DNA of 64,000 nucleotides from Gemmatimonadota bacterium. GTDB lineage: Bacteria; Gemmatimonadota; Gemmatimonadetes; Gemmatimonadales; Gemmatimonadaceae. Position 1 is the first letter of the stretch; each line of letters starts with the position of its first letter. Below are positions 56,892-64,000 of this stretch, piece after piece. The stretch covers positions 192,674 through 256,673 of the forward strand of contig VHBO01000001.1 in NCBI GenBank assembly GCA_016871895.1, in the 5' to 3' direction. A model generated the notes under the pieces. It saw only the letters and a program-made list of their open reading frames with translations, did no database searches and was not told the origin of the DNA. Made by a program: the position numbers and the translations under genes.

Positions 56892-57644
56892 GTGACCCCC
56901 TTCCAGAGCCTCGTCGCCGCACACATCGCGACGGGGGCCTGGGGCCTCGTCCTGTTCTGGGTCGCGGTCCTCTCACGCAAAGGCGGTCGCGCGCATCGAC
57001 GCGCCGGATTCGTCTTCGCCTACAGTATGCTCGTGACCGGGACGATCGCCGCGGCGATGGGCATTGCCACGCTTCGCGACCCACTCGGCACCCATCCGCA
57101 CCTCGACGACGCGCGACTCGTCTCCGGTATCTTCGGCTGGATGATGGTTTATCTCGCGATCCTGACGATCAGTCTCGCCTGGCACGGGCTCATCGTCGTC
57201 CGGAATAAGCGGGAGCACGCACGTAATCGGGCGCCGCGCGAGCTGGCGTTGCAGGGGCTCGTGATCGTCGCGGCGGTCAACTGTGCCGTGCAGGGGTGGC
57301 TTCGGGGGCTCCCGCTGATGATGGGAATCAGCATCGTCGGTGTCGCCTCCGGGGTGACGAACCTCGTCTTCGCCTTCCGCACCGCCCCCGTGCGCTGGGC
57401 GTATCTCATCGAGCATATGAAGGCGCTCGTCGGGGCCGGCATCTCGGTCTACACCGCCTTCATGACGTTCGGCCTCGTCCGCTTCACACCGCGCACCGGC
57501 CCCGCGGAATCGCACGCCGCCCTCAATCCGTTGCTCTGGGCGGTCCCGCTCACGGTCGGGCTCTCGATCATCATCTATCACCGCATCCGCATCGGGCGGT
57601 GGGGGCAGCGCGACGCGAGCCCGCGTGTGCAGGTCGCCGAGTGA
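56892..57644 (+). CDS. DUF2306-like membrane protein
   Basis: Start reassigned to GTG 56892; HIATG...RKGGRAHRRAG; HMKALVGAGISVYTAF. Confidence 0.75.
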   Translation: MTPFQSLVAAHIATGAWGLVLFWVAVLSRKGGRAHRRAGFVFAYSMLVTGTIAAAMGIATLRDPLGTHPHLDDARLVSGIFGWMMVYLAILTISLAWHGLIVVRNKREHARNRAPRELALQGLVIVAAVNCAVQGWLRGLPLMMGISIVGVASGVTNLVFAFRTAPVRWAYLIEHMKALVGAGISVYTAFMTFGLVRFTPRTGPAESHAALNPLLWAVPLTVGLSIIIYHRIRIGRWGQRDASPRVQVAE

Positions 57645-58039
57645 GCGCGCACGTGGCACGGCGGGCCCGCACGCGCGCCGGTGGGAGCCTCATCGGGTTC
57701 GGCGTCTACGGCATCGGGATGGGGCTCGCCCTCCTCCTCGCCCCTGACCCGACCCTCGACCTGCTCCTGACCGCCCGAACCACCGAGCATTGGGTGCGGC
57801 TGCTCGGCGCGACGGCGGTGCTACTCGGTGCGTATTACGTCGTGGCCGGGCGCGCGGAGGTCATGGTGCTCATCCACGCGTCACTCTGGGGGCGTATCGG
57901 GCTCGCCGCCGCCTTCGTCGGACTCGTCATCGCCGGGGTCGCACCGATCCTGCTGCTCGGCATCGCCGGCAACGAGATGCTCGGGGTGCTCTGGACCACC
58001 CTCGCGCTGCGCGCGGATGCACGGGCTAGGGCGCGATGA
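57641..58039 (+). CDS. Hypothetical 4-TM membrane protein
   Basis: GTGA and ATGA overlaps with both neighbours; four hydrophobic segments. Confidence 0.7.
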   Translation: MSAHVARRARTRAGGSLIGFGVYGIGMGLALLLAPDPTLDLLLTARTTEHWVRLLGATAVLLGAYYVVAGRAEVMVLIHASLWGRIGLAAAFVGLVIAGVAPILLLGIAGNEMLGVLWTTLALRADARARAR

Positions 58040-59415
58040 CCTCGTCGTATCGGCCGCCGGCCCCGCACCCGCTCCCCCCGGTCCGCTCCCTCCTCCGGGT
58101 GATCTTGCAGGGGGAGGGAGACCTCCTTTCGCTGATCCCCGACCTCGCCTACGAGGAGCGACTCCTCCCCTTAGGGATCACGCGTCGGGGGATCCTCTAT
58201 GTGAACGATCCGCAGCTCGTCGCGCAGGTGCTCACCGATCCCGCGGGCATCTTCCCGAAGAACGACCTGATGGTGGACGCCGTCGCGCCGCTGATCGGGA
58301 ATGCGATGTTCGTGTCGAGCGGGGTAACGTGGCGTCGGCAGCGGCGAATGATCGAACCGGCGTTCTCGCATATGCGGCTTGCCCGGGCCTTTGGCCAGAT
58401 GGACGCCGCCGTCGATGACCACGAGCAATGGCTGGAGCGGAAGCGCGCCACGTGCGCGGCCTTCTCCCTCGATGCCGCGATGGGGCATCTCACCGCCGAC
58501 GTGATCACGCGGACCATCTTCTCGACGCCGCTCGCCGAGGGCGCTGCCCGCGACGTCTTCGAGGCGTTCGCCGTCTTCGAACGGCAGGTCGCGAGCGTGA
58601 ACGTGAAGGCGCTCCTCTTCGACAAGCCGTGGCGCCACACGCCGCAGCCACCGCGCGTCCTCGAGGCGTGCCGGCGCATCCGCGCCCTGATCGGGGCGAT
58701 GGTCGCGCCGCGTTTCGCCCCGGATGCCACGCCGGCGGACGACATCTGTGCCGCGGCGATCGCCGCCGTCGATCCAGAGTCCGGCGCGCCGTTCACCCGG
58801 GAGGAGCTCATCGATGAGCTCGGGGTCTTCTTCCTTGCCGGTCACGAGACGAGCGCCAGTGCGCTGACCTGGGTCTTCTTCCTGCTCTCGCAGCGCCCCG
58901 ATGTGGTGGCGCGCATCCGCGCCGAGGTCGACGGCGCCGTGGGGGATGGGCCGATCACCATCGAGCACGCGAAGCGCTTCCCGTTCATCAAGGCGGTCTT
59001 CAAGGAGACGCTGCGGCTCTATCCGCCGATCACCTTCCTCCCGCGCGTCGCGGCCGAGGACACCACGCTCGGTGGCCGCCGGGTGCGTCGCGGGACGATG
59101 GTGCTGGTCGCGCCGTGGACGATCCATCGCCATCGCGTGCTCTGGACCGACCCGGAGCGCTTCGATCCCGATCGCTTCCTCGATGGCCGAGAGGACGCGA
59201 TCACCCCGGGTGCCTATGTGCCGTTCGGGCTCGGGCCGCGCGTCTGCGTGGGGGCGGCCTTCGCGACACTCGAGGCGGCGCTCTTCATCGCCCGACTCAC
59301 CCGCCGGTTCGACTTCGAGGCGGTGGAGCCTGGGGCGGTGCGCCCCGTCGCGCGGCTGACGACGCGGCCGCGGCGCGAGATCCTGATGAAAGTCCGCGCC
59401 CGCGGCGCGACCTGA
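58036..59415 (+). CDS. Cytochrome P450
   Basis: I-helix AGHETS, ExxR (ETLR), PERF, heme motif PFGLGPRVCVG. Confidence 0.96.
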   Translation: MTSSYRPPAPHPLPPVRSLLRVILQGEGDLLSLIPDLAYEERLLPLGITRRGILYVNDPQLVAQVLTDPAGIFPKNDLMVDAVAPLIGNAMFVSSGVTWRRQRRMIEPAFSHMRLARAFGQMDAAVDDHEQWLERKRATCAAFSLDAAMGHLTADVITRTIFSTPLAEGAARDVFEAFAVFERQVASVNVKALLFDKPWRHTPQPPRVLEACRRIRALIGAMVAPRFAPDATPADDICAAAIAAVDPESGAPFTREELIDELGVFFLAGHETSASALTWVFFLLSQRPDVVARIRAEVDGAVGDGPITIEHAKRFPFIKAVFKETLRLYPPITFLPRVAAEDTTLGGRRVRRGTMVLVAPWTIHRHRVLWTDPERFDPDRFLDGREDAITPGAYVPFGLGPRVCVGAAFATLEAALFIARLTRRFDFEAVEPGAVRPVARLTTRPRREILMKVRARGAT

Positions 59416-59430
59416 CCCCGGCGTCGAGGC

Positions 59431-59709
59431 TCAGCGGCCCCAGAGCAGCACGACGTGCCAGGCGTGGAAGGCGAGGGCGGAGAGCAGCGCGAAGGCGAAC
59501 GCGAGCGGTCGACGCTCCACGCGGCGCACGAAGTACATTGAGACCATCAGGCTCCCGCCGGCGCCGAGGAACGAGAGGAGTTCGATCGGGGCCGGTCCGC
59601 GCCCCGTCTGCCGGTGCCAGAGGACGAGCACCGTCGCCTCGACGAACACGACGGCGAGCATGAACCCGATCATCCCGTCCGAGGCGAGGGCGCGGGTCAT
59701 CCGCCGCAT
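59431..59709 (-). CDS. Small hypothetical membrane protein (92 aa)
   Basis: C-terminal part of track ORF 59431..60213 from ATG 59709; three hydrophobic helices. Confidence 0.65.
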   Translation of the reverse strand: MRRMTRALASDGMIGFMLAVVFVEATVLVLWHRQTGRGPAPIELLSFLGAGGSLMVSMYFVRRVERRPLAFAFALLSALAFHAWHVVLLWGR

Positions 59710-59780
59710 TGTCCGTCGGAAGGGGGAGACGGAGCCCATCGGCTCGGGGCCCGCCTGATCCGGAAGGGGCGGGAGCTCGA

Positions 59781-60674
59781 TCACGGGGCGGGCTCGATCG
59801 CCGGGTCGATCGCCGGCGCGCGTCGGGCGAGCCAGAGTGGGATCCCCATCGCGAAGAGCCCGACGACGCCGGCCGAGACCATCCCCCAGCGGAAGCAGAT
59901 GAGGATGGGGAGGATCCCGTTCGCGGCGAAGAGGATGCTCGGAAAGGCGTGCGGCCCGACGGCGCGCACCCACGTCGACGGCGGGATCACCGCGAGCATC
60001 GCGCGCGTGACCAACGTCCCGGTGAGGAGCCAGCCGAGGAAGTTGGCGACGGGGATGCCGTGATACCCGTCGTATCCGAGGAGTCGCACCCAGGCGGAGG
60101 CCGCGCTCAGGTCGGGCACGAACCAGAGCCAATGCTCGGTGCGATACATCGCGGGGTCCATCACGAGATCCCACCCGGTCAGGATGAGCCCGGCGACGAA
60201 GGCCCACCACCACCGGGTCGTCGCGCCATCGCGCGCCGGGAGGAAGCGCGCGCCCATCCCCAGCGCGGCGACCGCCAGATAGAACCAGGAGGTAGGGATG
60301 TTGAACGGGACGAGCCCGCCGAGCATGAAGCCGAGTCGGTCCGTGTAGTCGTACGGGCCAAACGGGATGTCGGTCGCGGCACCGAGCGCCTCAGCGCCGA
60401 ACGAGAGTGCGAAGCAGAGGGCGAGGGCGCGGACGGCAGGGCGGGTGCCGACCGTGTGCGCGAGGAAAGCGAGCGCCGCAATTGCCCCGAGGACGACGGT
60501 CACTTGTCCACCGTACTGGTTGCCGATCCGCATCATCGCGTCGTTCGGGGGCGTGGAGAAGAACGCCGGGACCGGCGGCACGAGAAAGGTCGCGAAGGCC
60601 AGACCCGAAAACGCGCTGAGGGCCACGTGGGCCCTCAGCGCGACACCGGCGGTGCGAGGCAGCCGCCGGAACAT
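59781..60674 (-). CDS. Carotenoid biosynthesis protein, CruF-like 1,2-hydratase
   Basis: EALG..TDIPFGPYDY, VPFNIPTSW, WDLVMDP, GIPVANFLGW. Confidence 0.85.
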   Translation of the reverse strand: MFRRLPRTAGVALRAHVALSAFSGLAFATFLVPPVPAFFSTPPNDAMMRIGNQYGGQVTVVLGAIAALAFLAHTVGTRPAVRALALCFALSFGAEALGAATDIPFGPYDYTDRLGFMLGGLVPFNIPTSWFYLAVAALGMGARFLPARDGATTRWWWAFVAGLILTGWDLVMDPAMYRTEHWLWFVPDLSAASAWVRLLGYDGYHGIPVANFLGWLLTGTLVTRAMLAVIPPSTWVRAVGPHAFPSILFAANGILPILICFRWGMVSAGVVGLFAMGIPLWLARRAPAIDPAIEPAP

Positions 60675-60678
60675 CGGA

Positions 60679-61170
60679 TCAGAACTGCAGGCGGAGCGTG
60701 ATCGGGATGATGCGGGTCGAGGTGTTCGTCAGCTCGCCGTTGTCACCCTTTAGCAGCACCACGCGCGCGTCGGCGGAGAGCGCCCCGAAGAGGTGCAGCA
60801 TGATCCCGCCGTGCACGCCGATGCTCGCCGGCTCCGCCGTGCCATCGAAGCGGAGATTGTACTTGCCCATGCCGGCGTACAGGTTCACCCGCTCCTTCTT
60901 GCTGCCGAGGATCGCCGACGCGGCGTAGTTGAGGCTCGTCACCTTGGTGCCGCCTTCGTCGGGGAAGGCGTAGTACGAGCCGTCCACGGCGATGTCGAAG
61001 ATCGGCAGGATGCCGGTGCGCAGGCCGACGCCGCCACCGGTGCCGGTGTACGTCGAGCCACCATCGTAGGTCCAGGTCTGCTGCCCCCCGAAGATGGCGA
61101 GCTGCGCCTGAGCGGCGGCCGGGGCGAGGAACAGGGCGACGAGGGCCAGCAGCGAGAACGAGCGCTTCAC
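60679..61170 (-). CDS. Small outer-membrane beta-barrel protein
   Basis: Signal peptide from GTG 61170; amphipathic strands; ends IIPITLRLQF. Confidence 0.75.
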   Translation of the reverse strand: MKRSFSLLALVALFLAPAAAQAQLAIFGGQQTWTYDGGSTYTGTGGGVGLRTGILPIFDIAVDGSYYAFPDEGGTKVTSLNYAASAILGSKKERVNLYAGMGKYNLRFDGTAEPASIGVHGGIMLHLFGALSADARVVLLKGDNGELTNTSTRIIPITLRLQF

Positions 61171-61308
61171 GGGACTCTCTCCGGAAAGTATGATCGGGGC
61201 GCATCGCACCCCGCACAGAGCATACGACTGGCCGGGGTCGTCGGCAACGTGAGCCAGGTCACATCGTGCTTCTCGAGGGGACCGGCAGTCGCGTGACGCC
61301 GCCCGGCG

Positions 61309-61872
61309 TCAGAGCGCGAGGCGCAGGAAGATCGGGATCATCCGCACCCGGACCTTCGCATCGCTCCCGCTGTCATCGTAGCCGGCGTACTGGGCGTTCA
61401 CGAATCGCACCTCGAGGGCCATCCGCGCCGCGATGCGATACCCGACGCCGAGATGATAGCCGACGGATCGGTCCGACCCCCGCTGGGCGAGCCCCTCGTT
61501 GTCAGCGAAGTCATAGACCCACCAGTACGTCCCGGCCCCACCCAACAGCTGGAGGCGCGACCCGGGCCGCTGCACGATCATCGTCGCACTGAGCGCCACG
61601 TACGATTGGTCGAGCTGCGACTCGTAGCCGCTGTCCTTCACGCGGACCGGCGGGAAGCGGTACACGGCGCCGTCGAACGCGAGGTCGAATGGCGCGTTCT
61701 CCCGCGCGAGACGGGCGGAGAGGCCGCCGCCGGCGGAGAGTCCGGCGATCGACTCGACGCCGAGGGCGCCGGCGAATGCCGACCAGCGGAGATGCGTCTC
61801 GGCAGGGAGCTGAGCGCCCACGCGTCCGCCGAGAAGCGCGAGCAGGAGGGTCGCGAGGCCGATGCGATTCAC
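61309..61872 (-). CDS. Small outer-membrane beta-barrel protein (probable paralog of the preceding gene)
   Basis: GTG 61872 overlaps the caspase stop; signal peptide; GYHLGVGY; ends MIPIFLRLAL. Confidence 0.7.
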   Translation of the reverse strand: MNRIGLATLLLALLGGRVGAQLPAETHLRWSAFAGALGVESIAGLSAGGGLSARLARENAPFDLAFDGAVYRFPPVRVKDSGYESQLDQSYVALSATMIVQRPGSRLQLLGGAGTYWWVYDFADNEGLAQRGSDRSVGYHLGVGYRIAARMALEVRFVNAQYAGYDDSGSDAKVRVRMIPIFLRLAL

Positions 61873-63260
61873 GGGACGAGGCGGTAGGAGGGATCGCCCC
61901 AAACCTGCGGCGACTGGTCGCGGCCGTGGAGGCGACGCGCTTCATAGGGAAGACCGCGCACGGGATCGGTCAGCCACTGTCGCAGCTCGCCCACGGAGAG
62001 GCTGCCGTCACGGTCGCCGTCGGCGGCCCCCTGCAGCCCACGGAGGAAGAGATAGGTCAGGAGGCCGTGCCGCTGTTCCGGCTGCCAGCTCGCGAGCTGC
62101 TGTCCCTCGGCGGCGGTGATGATCGTCGCACCGCCGCCGGCGGCGAAGCGCACGGACGGATCGGTGACCCGGATACCAATTGGTGAGGCCTGTGCGATGA
62201 GCATCTCGCCACTGCCGGTAGCACCGGAGAAGCAGGCATCGAGCACCACGGTGACGTGACGCGCTCCGAGCGCGGCGAGGTTGTCGTAGAGGGCATCCAC
62301 CGGCAGGGCGGTGAGCGAGAGTCGGTCGGCGTCGCCATCCACCGGCATCAGATACGCGCGATTCGCCGTGGGGTCGGGCGCGCCGTGCCCCGAGTAGAAG
62401 ACGAAGACCTCGCTGATCCCGGGCTTCACCAGGTCACGGAGCCGTCCGGTCGGCGCCTCGCGGTCGCCGAAGAGCCCCTTGAGGTCCGAGAGCGTGGCGT
62501 CCTCCACCATCAGGATGTTGCCGGGCCGGACGCCGAGGACCCGCTCGGCGTGGAGCCGCATCGCAGCGGCATCGTTCGCCGCGTAGGCCACGGCCGGGGC
62601 GCGGCGGTAGGTGCGGTTGCCGATGATCACCGCGATGGCATCCGGACGGTCGGCGCGTGAGCGCGGGACGCCACGCATCAGGTCGGTGGGGCCGAGCGCG
62701 ACCGGCGGCGGCGCGATCGCCGGGCTCGTGCCCACCGCACCGGCGGCGACGAGTGGGGCGGGGGCGCCGGCGATGGTGAGGCCCAGGTCGATAGGTGCGG
62801 TGGTCGGGTACCGGCGTGCTGCGAACGCGACGCGGACCGGGACGACCCCCTCCTCGGTCATCATCCGCTCGATGGCGACGATCCGGAACGGCACGGTGGC
62901 GGTGGTGCCGGGCGCGAGGATGCCGACCTTGATGCGCCGACGGCGCTCGAAGGTGGTGCCGAGCGCGGAGATGTACCGGACGCGGGCGGCGTCCCCCGTC
63001 TGGACGTCCACGGTCACTGCGGCGAGGGGTCGCGCGGAGACGTTGCGGATCTGCAGTCGGATCTCGACCGTCTCATCCGGTGGGATTGTCGCCCCACCGG
63101 CACCGTTGAGCACACGGACGCCGGTGATGACGATGGGGTCGGCGGGGTCGCTTGCCCATTGGGCCGCGAGCGGGACCCGCGCGAGCAGGAGGAGGACGCC
63201 CGAGAGCACGGCGCGCAAGGAAGCGCGGAGACCGCGGGGCGACGTGGTACGGGTCAGCAT
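61869..63260 (-). CDS. Exported caspase-family (peptidase C14) protein with N-terminal Ig/CARDB-like domain
   Basis: Start reassigned to MLTRTT (63260); AVIIGNRTY, FYSGHG (His), LDACFSG (Cys), HGLLTY; EF-hand-like DGDRDGSLSVGEL. Confidence 0.88.
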   Translation of the reverse strand: MLTRTTSPRGLRASLRAVLSGVLLLLARVPLAAQWASDPADPIVITGVRVLNGAGGATIPPDETVEIRLQIRNVSARPLAAVTVDVQTGDAARVRYISALGTTFERRRRIKVGILAPGTTATVPFRIVAIERMMTEEGVVPVRVAFAARRYPTTAPIDLGLTIAGAPAPLVAAGAVGTSPAIAPPPVALGPTDLMRGVPRSRADRPDAIAVIIGNRTYRRAPAVAYAANDAAAMRLHAERVLGVRPGNILMVEDATLSDLKGLFGDREAPTGRLRDLVKPGISEVFVFYSGHGAPDPTANRAYLMPVDGDADRLSLTALPVDALYDNLAALGARHVTVVLDACFSGATGSGEMLIAQASPIGIRVTDPSVRFAAGGGATIITAAEGQQLASWQPEQRHGLLTYLFLRGLQGAADGDRDGSLSVGELRQWLTDPVRGLPYEARRLHGRDQSPQVWGDPSYRLVP

Positions 63261-63402
63261 ACGAGGAGGGTACGGCGCGCGCCGCAGGGCAGCAACGGGT
63301 CGCACCCCCGCCACCGCACCCCTGCGCGCGCGACCTCGGTGTCCGGCGCGTGCCATCCTCGCGGCTCGGTCGTCTCAATGGTATGCGCACCTCGAGGAGA
63401 CG

Positions 63403-64000
63403 ATGCGTCGCGTGACCTGTGCCGCCTGCGGTGCGCCGTCCGTGCTCGGTGCGTCGCGGTGCCCGAAGTGTCTCGCCCCGTTCGGCGGGGAGTCGCCGAC
63501 CAGCGGCGTCGTGCTCGTCGAGCCGCCCCCGCGTGCCGGTGGAGCGCCCGACGTCCGACGGTGGCTCTCGCTCGTGCTCGGCGCGCTCGGTGTCGTGGGG
63601 GTCGGGGCGCTGCTCTGGTCGACGCGGGACCGGGACGACGCGGTGTCTTCGGGGGCGACCGCGCCGGCGCCGGAGCCGGCCGAGGTCGTGCCAACGGCGA
63701 TCGATACGTCGAGATCGCCGGGGCCGATCGCGCCCGCGCCGGTCGCTGGTGCCGATGTGCGCAGCGGGACGACATCGGGGGCCGTCGTGACAGCGCCCCC
63801 CCGCGCCCCCCGCGCAGCGCCCGCCTCGCCGAGTGGTGACGCGGGGACGACTTTCACCTTCGAGACGCTGACCTGGGTACGGCTCCGGACCGCGCCGTCG
63901 GTCGAGGCGGAGGTCCTCGCGACGCTCGCGCCCGGGACGCGGGTGGAGGTCTCGGCGATCGGGCGCGGTTGGCTCACGGCCCGGTGGGAGGGGCAGGTCG
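63403..64000 (+). CDS. Zinc-ribbon / TM / Pro-rich linker / SH3-domain protein (partial)
   Basis: Not in the track. GAGGAG RBS, MRRVTCAACG...RCPKCL, TM helix, VRLRTAPSVEAEVLATLAPGTRVEV...GWL (bacterial SH3). Confidence 0.8.
   Translation, partial: MRRVTCAACGAPSVLGASRCPKCLAPFGGESPTSGVVLVEPPPRAGGAPDVRRWLSLVLGALGVVGVGALLWSTRDRDDAVSSGATAPAPEPAEVVPTAIDTSRSPGPIAPAPVAGADVRSGTTSGAVVTAPPRAPRAAPASPSGDAGTTFTFETLTWVRLRTAPSVEAEVLATLAPGTRVEVSAIGRGWLTARWEGQV

Noticed and set aside
1-64000. Hundreds of long Arg/Ala/Pro-rich ORFs in the six-frame track (e.g. 4255..5790, 14289..16031, 37874..40537, 49220..50050)
   Set aside because: Shadow frames of real genes in high-GC DNA; they overlap well-supported CDSs and lack family motifs

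Overview
High-GC bacterial chromosomal window. Gene content and protein styles suggest Gemmatimonadota (inference, not a database result). It holds about 52 CDSs and one tRNA-Arg(CCG). Housekeeping blocks: yebC-ruvCAB-queA-yajC-def-fmt-rsmB; msbA-lpxL-aminotransferase-prfC; feoAB; tyrS; PBP1A; fdh-tdh-kbl; mutM; rlmI-like; aroH; tRNA-rho-ruvX-mltG. These are interleaved with envelope and signalling genes: an Oar-type TonB-dependent receptor with a partner, a TPR/CsgG-like protein with a barrel, an NtrY/NtrX-like pair with an Omp85-like barrel, a GGDEF protein, a PD40-amidohydrolase, a Ser/Thr kinase, a P450, a CruF-like carotenoid hydratase and a secreted caspase-like protease. I saw no integrase, transposase, phage gene or CRISPR array. 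Best leads: (1) a stand-alone transcription unit encoding a 19-aa Lys/Ala peptide missed by the ORF track; (2) a recurring TANNNT box 5-7 nt before start codons, implying widespread leaderless mRNAs; (3) a TonB-type barrel with a ~180-aa helical C-terminal extension; (4) an NtrX-like regulator with a degenerate AAA+ domain next to a bactofilin-like/Omp85-like fusion; (5) heptamer repeat arrays overlapping stop codons. All family calls are from motif recognition by eye; no searches were run.
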